38,421 nucleotides of DNA. Origin: Candidatus Nomurabacteria bacterium (lineage in GTDB: Bacteria > Patescibacteriota > Minisyncoccia > Phycocordibacterales > UBA5272). The position numbers were made by a program, and so were the translations under genes. Location of the stretch: contig CALRDS010000002.1 in assembly GCA_943354975.1 (NCBI GenBank), positions 1-38,421 of the forward strand, given 5' to 3'. This document shows positions 9,717-20,374 of the stretch, in pieces; position 1 is the first letter of the stretch; each line of letters begins with the position of its first letter. Below the pieces are notes generated by a model. The model did no database searches and was not told the origin of the DNA. It saw only the letters and a list, made by a program, of their open reading frames with translations.

Positions 9717-9945
9717 CGGCGACCGAGGCGCTCCCGTATCCGCGTTTGGTGGTAGCTTTTGAGTCCGCGAACCACACACAACCGCCTTCGCATAGCCCGC
9801 TCGCTTCGCTCACGCCGGCTGCTTCGGCGTTGTGTGCGTTCGCTTGGTGGCTTCGGTAAAGTTTGGTGGTAATTCAAAGAATATGGATTGTGCTGGGCAC
9901 AAACAAATCTGTATGTGTTTGCCCCTCCCTCCCGTGCGCACACAA

Positions 9946-9988
9946 CAATCCCACCGTTTTTAGGAATCATTATAAAACGGCGGGGATT
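9946..9988 (-). terminator. hairpin downstream of the VUT gene
   Basis: CAATCCC-ACCGTTTT...AAAACGGC-GGGGATTG inverted repeat. Confidence 0.5.
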
Positions 9989-10003
9989 GCTCCCTTGAAA
10001 CTG

Positions 10004-10723
10004 CTATTGGCGCAAGGCAAATGGATTGAAGTTTGTACCCTTGTCGTAGGTATCAAGACCTTCTTTGTGCTTAATAACCCGGATCACTTTTCTAGTGATT
10101 GGAAGTGCAATGATTTCCCAAGTTGTGCAAAAAACCACAGTAGATATTGTTAGCGGTATGATTTCAGCCGCCGTAAACCACCCAGCGAAATAAAAAGCTG
10201 TAAAGAAAGCGATGGTGTTATCTACTGTTTGTCCAAAAAAAGTTGATAGAACAAGTCTGGTGTTCAAAAACTTTCCTTTGGTAAGCACTTTCATTTTTGC
10301 CACAACGAATGAGTTTGTCAGTTCTCCGCAAAAGAACGCGACAATAAATCCGAGTGCGACAATCGGTGCCGCCTTGAAAATCAAATTGTACGCTTCGTTG
10401 TAGGCAAAATCAGGGTTAGGAACAATGCTATAAATGTATGCGAGTATAGAAGCAAGTAACATACAAGCAAATCCAGTCCACACAATTTTTCTGGTCACTC
10501 GGTATCCATACACTTCGGTGAAAATGTCGGCAAAGATATAAACAAACGGGTAAGCTATTGCGCCAACCGAGAAAACAAAACTACCGATATAAAAAGTTTT
10601 TAGCGAAGTGAATGTGCCGACAAGTAAAACTGTAACCCACAACATTCCAAAAACTCCAAGATATTTATGGTTCTGTTGAGCAGATAAACTGGGGTCAGTA
10701 ATTAGTTGTTGTTCTTGATTCAT
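10004..10723 (-). CDS. queuosine precursor transporter (VUT/YhhQ, DUF165 family)
   Basis: YPFVYIFADIFTEVYGY, AFFCGELTNSFVVAKMK, STFFGQTVD, and C-terminal EGLDTYD..TNFNPF. Confidence 0.9.
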   Translation of the reverse strand: MNQEQQLITDPSLSAQQNHKYLGVFGMLWVTVLLVGTFTSLKTFYIGSFVFSVGAIAYPFVYIFADIFTEVYGYRVTRKIVWTGFACMLLASILAYIYSIVPNPDFAYNEAYNLIFKAAPIVALGFIVAFFCGELTNSFVVAKMKVLTKGKFLNTRLVLSTFFGQTVDNTIAFFTAFYFAGWFTAAEIIPLTISTVVFCTTWEIIALPITRKVIRVIKHKEGLDTYDKGTNFNPFALRQ

Positions 10724-10770
10724 ATATTTATATAATACTATTATTTTAATAATTCTTCCATTGGAACGCC

Positions 10771-10975
10771 CTATGGCTTGGTGATTTTAAACTTACTCTC
10801 TACATTCTCAAACAATTTGGTCAAATTATCTTTTGTCGTTGTATCCAAGCTTATTGAAGTTTCATTTTGGCAGGTTTCTAAAAATTTCTTTGCGAGAAAA
10901 ACTTTATCCAATTTACTCTTTTTCACATACTCCGAATTAGATTCGGTATAAGTTTTGCTCACATCGCCAAGTACG
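10771..10975 (-). pseudogene. probable C-terminal remnant of a truncated gene
   Basis: The ORF's first codons are built from tRNA-derived sequence (10975-11000). The rest looks like a protein C-terminus. Confidence 0.4.
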
Positions 10976-11011
10976 AAGGCTTTCACCTTGCCACGTTTCT
11001 CCTGCACAAAG

Positions 11012-11096
11012 CAGAGGGTACGGGATTCGAACCCGTGAAGGCTTTCACCTTACTACCTTTCCAAGGTAGCGCACTAAGCCGCTATGCGAACCCTCT
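11012..11096 (-). tRNA. tRNA-Ser(GGA), CCA not encoded
   Basis: AGAGGGT/ACCCTCT acceptor stem, CTACC-TTGGAAA-GGTAG anticodon arm, long variable arm AAGG-TGAAAG-CCTT, ACGGG-TTCGAAT-CCCGT T arm, discriminator G. Confidence 0.93.
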
Positions 11097-11160
11097 GCTT
11101 TATCCAGGATTGCGATTTCAAAAGACTAAGTACAGTCTAAGAAATCGGGAACAATGTACA

Positions 11161-11187
11161 TACACTAAACCGCTATGCGACGTCTCC
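11161..11187 (-). pseudogene. 5' fragment of a second tRNA-Ser (acceptor 5' strand plus D arm)
   Basis: GGAGACG-TC-GCATAGCGGTTTAGTGT closely parallels the intact tRNA's TCGCATAGCGGCTTAGTGC. Confidence 0.75.
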
Positions 11188-11262
11188 ACATATGATTTTG
11201 TAAACAAAATTATTAGGTGAACATTTTTTACAAAATGTTTTAGCTAAATAAATTTTAACACA

Positions 11263-11502
11263 TTATTTCTTACCTTTTTCAGAGGGTATTTTCCCCTCCG
11301 GGATTTTAACATAATCATGTTTCTTTTCTGTAAAGTAGTAGATAATAGCTCCGAGAATTGGTAATCCAAATATTAAAACAATCCACCAAAATTTATCTTG
11401 CTTGGCTGCATCTACTATCATCCATATTAAAAAAGCCAATAAAATTGCATAGAGAAAAAATACTACCCCTATTAAAATAATACTTACTACAGTTCCTGTC
11501 AT
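11263..11502 (-). CDS. PLDc_N-domain small membrane protein
   Basis: WMIVDAAKQDKFWWIVLIFGLPILGAIIYYF is the typical PLD N-terminal helical hairpin pattern. Confidence 0.8.
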   Translation of the reverse strand: MTGTVVSIILIGVVFFLYAILLAFLIWMIVDAAKQDKFWWIVLIFGLPILGAIIYYFTEKKHDYVKIPEGKIPSEKGKK

Positions 11503-11533
11503 ACTAAATGATAGTATAGCAAATTATAAATAC

Positions 11534-12454
11534 TTAGTCCCCTAACTCTCTTCCATTCAAAAGCTTTTTTATTCTCTCCTCAACTGGTGGATGCGTCATG
11601 AATAACTTTGCTACCCAAGAAACTTTATTATGATTATGGTGCTCGTCTTTTTTACCATTTAATCCAGTTGGGTCAGAAATATAAAGATGTGCAATAGCAT
11701 TGCTCTGTACACGCATTGGTTGATGGAAATTATTAATCTTCTGAAGTGCTGAAGCAAGTGCTTCTGGGTAACGAGTGATAAGTGCGCCAGTAGCATCAGC
11801 TAAAAATTCACGCTCTCGTGACACTGCTAACTTTATTATAGTAGCTGCGATTGGTGCCAAGATTATTGTAAGTATTCCTAAAATTAAAAATATCGGATTC
11901 TTTCTATCATCTCGCCCAATAGATGAAGTGTGCATTGCTAGATTCGCAACGAAAGTTATCAAACCTGCAAATACAACCACCACAGTCTGTACCAACATAT
12001 CTCTATTACCAATGTGAGAAAGTTCATGAGCAAGGACACCTTCAAGCTCAGACTTTGTAAGTAACGGCAACAATCCTGTAGTAACTGCAACTACAGAATG
12101 GTTTTTATCACGCCCTGCAGCGAATGCGTTAGGGGCTGGATCATTAATTATATAAAGTTTAGGCATTGGAAGTCCTGCTGTTATACATAGATTCTCCATA
12201 GTGTTCCAAAGTTCTGGATAATCATTTTTAGATTCTATTCTTTTAGCGTGAGCCATCGAAAGAACTATTTTATCGGAAAACCAGTACGCAGAAATGTTCA
12301 ACAACAAACTTATAACAAATGCACCGTACAAAAGATTTGGATTTCCATATACATATGACAAAATAAATCCCAGAATAATAATTCCAAGGAGAAATCCTGT
12401 CATCAGGAACCACGTCTTACGTATATTAGATGATTGATGTGTATACAGGGTCAT
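11534..12454 (-). CDS. htpX: M48 Zn metalloprotease HtpX
   Basis: PNAFAAG, LAHELSH, SREREFLAD, THPP. Confidence 0.93.
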   Translation of the reverse strand: MTLYTHQSSNIRKTWFLMTGFLLGIIILGFILSYVYGNPNLLYGAFVISLLLNISAYWFSDKIVLSMAHAKRIESKNDYPELWNTMENLCITAGLPMPKLYIINDPAPNAFAAGRDKNHSVVAVTTGLLPLLTKSELEGVLAHELSHIGNRDMLVQTVVVVFAGLITFVANLAMHTSSIGRDDRKNPIFLILGILTIILAPIAATIIKLAVSREREFLADATGALITRYPEALASALQKINNFHQPMRVQSNAIAHLYISDPTGLNGKKDEHHNHNKVSWVAKLFMTHPPVEERIKKLLNGRELGD

Positions 12455-12490
12455 AAAGTTTATAAAGTCCTTTAAAGTCTATAAAGTGAA
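12452..12490 (-). repeat. nonamer tandem repeat abutting the htpX start codon
   Basis: Plus strand reads CAT-AAAGTTTAT-AAAGTCCTT-T-AAAGTCTAT-AAAGTGAAT; the same type occurs before prfA. Confidence 0.7.
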
Positions 12491-12517
12491 TACATTATTT
12501 TACTTTCTACTTAATGG

Positions 12518-13078
12518 TTAAAACTTAACCTTCACTGGATTCCTAGCTTCACTCTCTCCTTCAGTAAGTTCAAAAAATTCAGATTCTTTAAATGAAAACA
12601 TATTGGCGAATATATTTGTTGGAACTATTTGTATCTTTGTGTTGTATTCAGATACTACTCCGTTATAGAAACGTCGTGCAGATTGAATTTTATTTTCTGT
12701 ATCAGATAGTTCATTCTGAAGTGAAATAAAATTTTGGTTAGATTTCAAATCTGGGTAACTCTCTGCTAATGCAAAAAATCCACCAAGAGCTGATTTCATA
12801 GCGATATCTGCCTGACCTACTTCTGTTGGAGTGTGGGCTTTCATCCCTTTAGTGCGAGCAGCGATAACTTTTTCAAGTGTATCTGATTCAAAATTTGTAG
12901 ACCCCTTCACAGTTTCTATCAAATTAGGAATAAGATCGAAACGACGTTTAAGTTGAATGTCTATATCTGCCCATGCCTCTTTTACGCGCATACGAGCAGC
13001 GATAAGCCCGTTATAAATTCCAACAATAACGACAACCAATAATACAGCTAAACCGATCAAAATATAAGTTAATGTCAT
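12518..13078 (-). CDS. lemA: LemA family protein
   Basis: AWADIDIQLKRRFDLIPNL, ESYPDLKSNQNF, ARRFYN. Confidence 0.95.
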   Translation of the reverse strand: MTLTYILIGLAVLLVVVIVGIYNGLIAARMRVKEAWADIDIQLKRRFDLIPNLIETVKGSTNFESDTLEKVIAARTKGMKAHTPTEVGQADIAMKSALGGFFALAESYPDLKSNQNFISLQNELSDTENKIQSARRFYNGVVSEYNTKIQIVPTNIFANMFSFKESEFFELTEGESEARNPVKVKF

Positions 13079-13242
13079 AGATAAAAATTAATTCGACTTG
13101 CCAAATTATTTCTTTCGTGTCATTCGGTGCTCTTGGCAAGCGGTCACTTCATATTACAAAATAAGCGGACTAAGTCAAGCAAGTTACTCTAATAAATATG
13201 GACTCAAAACTCCACAAAAGCTTTATTTTCTGATACTATTAT

Positions 13243-15009
13243 ATGACTATGGGACATAAATCAGACCACTCAGAATTGTTCAAAATTCGCCACTCTTTGG
13301 CACATATTCTCTTGATGGCTATAAAGCATCATTTCCCGCACGCTCTACCTACAATAGGCCCTGTTACAGACAACGGATTCTATTACGACCTAGACTTTGT
13401 GGATGGTGTAAAAATCGGAGCTGAGGATTTGAAAAAAGTGGAGGACACGATGCGAGACATTATAAAGAAGCATTTGGATTTCAAGGTAGAAACAGTGACT
13501 GCAGACCAAGCCCACACACTATTTGCACTTAATCCTTTTAAGTTAGAAATCATAGATGACATCGCTAAAGGAGATGAAGAAGTGACTATATATAGAACTG
13601 GGGAGGATTTTTATGATTTATGTGAAGGACCTCATGTAAAAAACACTAAAGAAATTCCAACTGATGCATTTATGCTTTCTCATATTGCTGGAGCATATTG
13701 GAGAGGAAATGAGAACAAGGCCATGCTTACACGTATTTATGGAATAGCATTTGAATCTAAAAAAGAATTAGATGCTTATATAACGCAGCAAGAAGAAGCA
13801 AAGAAGAGAGACCATAGAATCATCGGGGCTCAACTTAAACTTTTTACAGTTTCTCCCCTTGTCGGTCCGGGGCTTCCACTTATGCAACCACGTGGAATGA
13901 TTATACGAGAAGAAATCGAAGATTATCTTTGGAGTTTACACAAGAAAAAAGGATACTCGAGAGTTTGGACACCGCACATTGCAAAGCTAGCACTGTATGA
14001 AAAGTCAGGTCACGCAGAAAAGTTTGGAGATGAACTTTTCAGAGTCCAAGGTAAAGAAGACAAGTTTATTCTGAAGCCGATGAATTGCCCTCATCACATG
14101 CAGATATTTGCTGATAATCAATTTTCATATAAAGACATGCCTGTTAGGTACTTTGAACCAGCAACAGTTTATCGTGATGAAAAATCAGGCCAACTAGGGG
14201 GACTTACTCGAGTGCGCGCCATCACCCAAGATGATGGGCATCTATTTTGTAGACCAGAACAATTAGGAGAAGAAATCAAAACTATTGTAGATATCATAAA
14301 AGAATTCTATACAACTATGGGTATGATGGATAGTTACTGGGTGCGACTTTCTCTTCGTGGAGATGATAAGAGTAAATATTTAGGAAGTGATGATGTTTGG
14401 GAAAAAGCAGAGGGGGCTCTTACTGAAATATGTAAGGAACAAAATCTTCCATACAAAGCTGAGCGTGATGAGGCAACATTTTATGGACCAAAATTAGACT
14501 TCATGTTTAAAGATGCAATCGGTCGCGAGTGGCAACTAGCAACTATTCAGTGTGATTTCAATTTACCAGAACGGTTTGATTTATCATATATAAATTCTGA
14601 AGGTAAAAAAGAACGTCCTGTGGTTATACATCGCGCGATTTCAGGGGCACTCGAAAGATTCATGGGTGTGATGATTGAACACTATGCTGGAAACTTCCCA
14701 CTTTGGTTATCACCAAACCAAATTACAATTCTCCCAATTGCTGATAAACATAACGAATACGCTGAAACTGTTTTATCAGAACTGAGCGATGCAGACATTC
14801 GTGTTGAGTTAGACAATAGCAGAGAAGGTCTTGGTAAAAAGATTCGTAATACTCGTGAAATGAAAACTCCATACTGGGCAGTTATTGGAGACGCAGAAGT
14901 TGAAAATAAAACTATAACACTCGAACATAGAACTGAAGGAAAAATCGGAGAAATGAAAGTAGGAGAATTAGTAGAAAAATTGACAGGAGAAATAAAAGAA
15001 AAGAAGTAA
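13243..15009 (+). CDS. thrS: threonine--tRNA ligase (lacks the N1/TGS domain)
   Basis: RHSLAH, DLCEGPHV, KRDHR, KPMNCP, FYGPKLD, HRAISGALERF. The start may be 13249. Confidence 0.97.
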   Translation: MTMGHKSDHSELFKIRHSLAHILLMAIKHHFPHALPTIGPVTDNGFYYDLDFVDGVKIGAEDLKKVEDTMRDIIKKHLDFKVETVTADQAHTLFALNPFKLEIIDDIAKGDEEVTIYRTGEDFYDLCEGPHVKNTKEIPTDAFMLSHIAGAYWRGNENKAMLTRIYGIAFESKKELDAYITQQEEAKKRDHRIIGAQLKLFTVSPLVGPGLPLMQPRGMIIREEIEDYLWSLHKKKGYSRVWTPHIAKLALYEKSGHAEKFGDELFRVQGKEDKFILKPMNCPHHMQIFADNQFSYKDMPVRYFEPATVYRDEKSGQLGGLTRVRAITQDDGHLFCRPEQLGEEIKTIVDIIKEFYTTMGMMDSYWVRLSLRGDDKSKYLGSDDVWEKAEGALTEICKEQNLPYKAERDEATFYGPKLDFMFKDAIGREWQLATIQCDFNLPERFDLSYINSEGKKERPVVIHRAISGALERFMGVMIEHYAGNFPLWLSPNQITILPIADKHNEYAETVLSELSDADIRVELDNSREGLGKKIRNTREMKTPYWAVIGDAEVENKTITLEHRTEGKIGEMKVGELVEKLTGEIKEKK

Positions 15010-15012
15010 TTT

Positions 15013-15738
15013 ATGTTCGAAAATATAAGAAATAAAATAGAAGATTCAAATAGGGAAAAGGCTGGTGAAATAATTTTAGACAGAAATATTGTAAAATTTT
15101 TAGAAGAAAAATATAAAAATAGACATCCTGAAAACGAGGACGTTAGATTTCGCCTGTCAGAATATTTTGATGACTTGGAATTAAGACCGGAGCTACTACA
15201 AAACAAAACAGCTCTTGACCTTGGCAGCAATGAACACTTCTTTGATGAATATTGTAAAGAAAAATATAATACTCATTTTGTTGCCCTTGATAATGAAGGT
15301 ATCAAACTTGGCGCGAAGCACGCCATGGGTATCATCTCTGATGCAAAACAACTTCCTTTTAAGGATGAGTCTTTTGACTTAATCATTTCACATGCCGCTA
15401 TGCCTCACATTTTGATTGATTTTGAAAAAGAAATGATTGAGAAAGGAATATTAACTAAAAAAACAGAAAAAGCGTTGACTCAAAGTCTTTTAGAATTTTT
15501 TAGAGAAGTCTATCGAACAGTCAAACAAAAGGGCCAAATAAGACTAAGCACCTTTTGTATAAAAGAAGAGTACATGACTAAACTATCTAAAGATAAGAGA
15601 AAAAGTTTACTGTATCAATATCAATTGTTAAGAATAAAATTGATGAAAGTAGCCTTAGAAACACTAGAAAAAGAAAATGGGGCGAAATGTATATTTAAGG
15701 ATGAAGAAAAAGGCGGGCTAATTATAATAATGAAATAA
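15013..15738 (+). CDS. class I SAM-dependent methyltransferase-like protein
   Basis: ALDLGS, VALD, DAKQLPFKDESFDLIIS, EVYRTVKQKG. Confidence 0.75.
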   Translation: MFENIRNKIEDSNREKAGEIILDRNIVKFLEEKYKNRHPENEDVRFRLSEYFDDLELRPELLQNKTALDLGSNEHFFDEYCKEKYNTHFVALDNEGIKLGAKHAMGIISDAKQLPFKDESFDLIISHAAMPHILIDFEKEMIEKGILTKKTEKALTQSLLEFFREVYRTVKQKGQIRLSTFCIKEEYMTKLSKDKRKSLLYQYQLLRIKLMKVALETLEKENGAKCIFKDEEKGGLIIIMK

Positions 15739-15764
15739 AAAGCCGGTCCGAAGACTGGCTTTTT
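15737..15764. terminator. bidirectional intrinsic terminator
   Basis: AAAAAGCCGGTC-CGAA-GACTGGCTTTTT between convergent ORFs. Confidence 0.85.
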
Positions 15765-15769
15765 CAACC

Positions 15770-15967
15770 CTAGCTCTTGTAGGGATCAGAGTTGTTGAGA
15801 CTCCATACCCCTTTGTGATGCCATCTCCTCCTCGGTATACCGTGATGGCTGCTGTGCCATTTGATGAACCAGAGGCTGGACAACGGGAGTTTGATACTGC
15901 AGCGGCGGGCGGTAGCTACTGAAGGCGCGCCACTGGCGTCCTTCAAAGACACGGGCTTCGTCATCAT
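15770..15967 (-). CDS. small basic GC-rich orphan ORF
   Basis: SD-like GAGGA at 15977-15981 and TGtTATAGT at 16001-16009; ends at the terminator. Coding status is uncertain. Confidence 0.45.
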   Translation of the reverse strand: MMTKPVSLKDASGAPSVATARRCSIKLPLSSLWFIKWHSSHHGIPRRRWHHKGVWSLNNSDPYKS

Positions 15968-16035
15968 AAAGATCAATCCTCGTTTTTGACTCGGACCGCC
16001 ACTATAACATGAAAAAAATATTAAACCAAGTCTAC

Positions 16036-18150
<2,115 letters not shown>

Positions 18151-18215
18151 TTATAACATAATTTACTTCTTTTTACAAGACTTTTATGTTGTAATAATCT
18201 CTAAAAAACCCTTTA

Positions 18216-18244
18216 TTGACAAAGCTTAATAAAGAATGTAGAGT
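18216..18244 (+). promoter_or_regulatory. sigma70-type promoter of the YfiH-like orphan
   Basis: TTGACA-17 nt-TAGAGT. Confidence 0.6.
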
Positions 18245-18298
18245 GATTGAGAACCCTGTTGCTTTAGGTAAATTAAAACTCTAACTTTGGAGATAACC

Positions 18299-18919
18299 AT
18301 GCCTTATTTTCCGACGGTAACAAACAAGATTTTTTCCGGTCTTGTGACTATCACTGGATACGGTGCCATTAGGGATGAAAACGGGGAGATCTTGGATTTA
18401 TCACTGTCTAACTGGCAATATAGAAATTTTGAAAAAATAATGAGAATCATTACACTCCATGCACCTAGTCGAGATGTTTTTTCTCCACAGTACACATTTG
18501 ATAAGAAAGTAGTGCGGCCTCCTAGCTTCACAAAAACTCCGCGAAAACTCGATGGCACATCACTGTTTCGTGGCAAAGAAGGTGATGGTGTTGTTTTGAC
18601 ACATAGAGGAACTGCGGCAGCTTTTTCTTATACGAATTGTGCAGCTGTCGTCGTAAAATATCTTGACCAAAAAGATTCCCTATCCGTAGTCGCAGCTGTA
18701 GTTAGGAAGAATAGAGAAAATAGCGAAACGGTTGTGGAAACGATACTTGGTGATATTCCAAGACGTCACCGTAAGGAGACAGAAGTTTGGATTGGAATTG
18801 CTCCACGCGTTGAAATCTATGAACTAGTACGAAAGCAATTCTCTACACATGGAGTGTGGATAGGAAACATAAAAGGAGACAATGCCAACACCATCGAAGA
18901 TAAAAAAATGGAGAACTGA
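18299..18919 (+). CDS. divergent YfiH/PgeF (laccase-domain)-like protein, probably frameshifted near the C-terminus
   Basis: SD GGAG then ATG at 18299. GDGVVLT..AAAFSYTNC and VWIGIAP resemble YfiH motifs. A -1 frame continues to TAA at 18975. Confidence 0.55.
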   Translation: MPYFPTVTNKIFSGLVTITGYGAIRDENGEILDLSLSNWQYRNFEKIMRIITLHAPSRDVFSPQYTFDKKVVRPPSFTKTPRKLDGTSLFRGKEGDGVVLTHRGTAAAFSYTNCAAVVVKYLDQKDSLSVVAAVVRKNRENSETVVETILGDIPRRHRKETEVWIGIAPRVEIYELVRKQFSTHGVWIGNIKGDNANTIEDKKMEN

Positions 18920-18976
18920 TGTGGCATCGAAATTCTAAAATGGAAAACCTAGTTATAATCAACCGAAATGATTAAC

Positions 18977-19003
18977 AATGGGGCCGAAAGGTCTCATTTT
19001 TTT
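18977..19003 (+). terminator. intrinsic terminator
   Basis: AATGGGGCC-GAAA-GGTCTCATT-TTTTT. Confidence 0.8.
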
Positions 19004-19048
19004 GTCCCTCTTTGGATAAAAACCATCGACTTCAACTAAAAGGGTAGC

Positions 19049-20374
19049 TTATTTATACCTTTCTAAAATTTTTACAAACTCATCATTACGTTCGTACTCG
19101 TTATTAAAATATTTACTAAATGAAACAAAACCTGGACTAAAAAGTATAATATCTCCTTCTTTTGCTAATTCAAATGCTTTATTAACACAATCTGATAATT
19201 TCTCATATTCATGTTCTTTTTCTATATCGAGTCTAGATGTGCCAGCACCTGAAAGATATATAACTTCACTTGTTTTTTCCTTAATCATATTTTCAAGCTC
19301 TGTAACTGATAATCCTTTGTCTCCACCACCTAAAATAACTATTGGTTTTCTATTATAAGTTTCTTCAATACTTTTTATCGCAATAACTGTAGCATCCGGT
19401 GTCGTGGCATTATTATCGTTAAAAATCCTAACTCCTTTATGAATACCCATATCCTGCAATCTCCCCTCCACAGCATTAAATGTACTCATGGCATTTCTAA
19501 TGCTTTCATCATCTAATCCACACTGTGATGCCACTTCATAAGCAAGCGAAGCGAGAATTTGATTGTGTTTTCCAAGTAATGGAATCTTAAATTCTTGTTC
19601 ATTTGTAACATTTACATTCGTTTTTTTATCCCTCTTTAATATTTCATCACGAGCTTGTACACTTGCAATTAAAACATCTTCCTTTTTCTGAAAACGATAA
19701 ATATTTGCCTTATCATTAAAATATCTTTCCTTATCATCCTTATAATAATTCATGTGGTCATTGAGTAAGTTCGTAAACACTGAAATATGGGGAGAGACCT
19801 TCATTTCACCAAACCCCTGCAACTGCCAACTGTCTAATTCCAAAACTAAATAATCTCCATCTTCGATATCTTTTAGAATTGGAAGATTTGCTACTCCTCT
19901 AATATTTCCTCCGACCAAAACTCGCATATTATTTGCTTTCAAAATATGCGCAATCATCTGAGTGGTTGTACTTTTTCCACGAGTACCAGTGATCCCAATA
20001 ATCACGACGTTAGGAAGATTTTTCATAATAATGTCACATAAAAGTGAAGCAGACATACACACCGGCACATTATTTTTCTTCGCATGCATTATATATTCAC
20101 TATCAAACGGTACTCCTGCTGCTTCTAGAATAAAATCCCTATTTTCAAAATCCCCTAACCTATGCTCTCCAAACACATATCTAATATCTTTGTATGAATT
20201 TAAGGACTCCAAAGAAGAAGAAAGCTGCTCTTTAGATTTTTTATCAGTTACAATTATATTCGCTTCATTTTCTGCGAGAAACAAAGTGTCCCCAAGTCCG
20301 CGCCCTAACAAACCAAGCCCCATAACTGTAACCTTTTTGTCTTTGAAATATGGTAAATAAATTTCTTTTTTCAT
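19049..20374 (-). CDS. murD: UDP-N-acetylmuramoyl-L-alanine--D-glutamate ligase
   Basis: GLGLLGRG, ITGTRGKSTTT, GGNI, VLELDSWQL, NDNNATTP, LFSPG..SF. Confidence 0.92.
   Translation of the reverse strand: MKKEIYLPYFKDKKVTVMGLGLLGRGLGDTLFLAENEANIIVTDKKSKEQLSSSLESLNSYKDIRYVFGEHRLGDFENRDFILEAAGVPFDSEYIMHAKKNNVPVCMSASLLCDIIMKNLPNVVIIGITGTRGKSTTTQMIAHILKANNMRVLVGGNIRGVANLPILKDIEDGDYLVLELDSWQLQGFGEMKVSPHISVFTNLLNDHMNYYKDDKERYFNDKANIYRFQKKEDVLIASVQARDEILKRDKKTNVNVTNEQEFKIPLLGKHNQILASLAYEVASQCGLDDESIRNAMSTFNAVEGRLQDMGIHKGVRIFNDNNATTPDATVIAIKSIEETYNRKPIVILGGGDKGLSVTELENMIKEKTSEVIYLSGAGTSRLDIEKEHEYEKLSDCVNKAFELAKEGDIILFSPGFVSFSKYFNNEYERNDEFVKILERYK

Larger units (their letters stand above)
9336..11187. 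mobile_element. decayed integrative element/genomic islet at tRNA-Ser
   Basis: Serine recombinase fragments, GC-rich palindromes, a cargo gene, a truncated ORF and tRNA-Ser fragments flanking an intact tRNA. Boundaries are approximate. Confidence 0.6.

Noticed and set aside
9370..10153. ORFs 9370-9582, 9599-9970 and 9863-10153
   Set aside because: They run across GC-rich palindromes and recombinase debris; their Arg/Ser-rich composition suggests non-coding sequence.
10724..10800. preQ1 riboswitch upstream of the VUT transporter
   Set aside because: No preQ1-I stem-loop with an A-rich tail is visible.
14682..15230. 182-aa minus-strand ORF
   Set aside because: Antisense shadow of A-rich thrS and methyltransferase codons.
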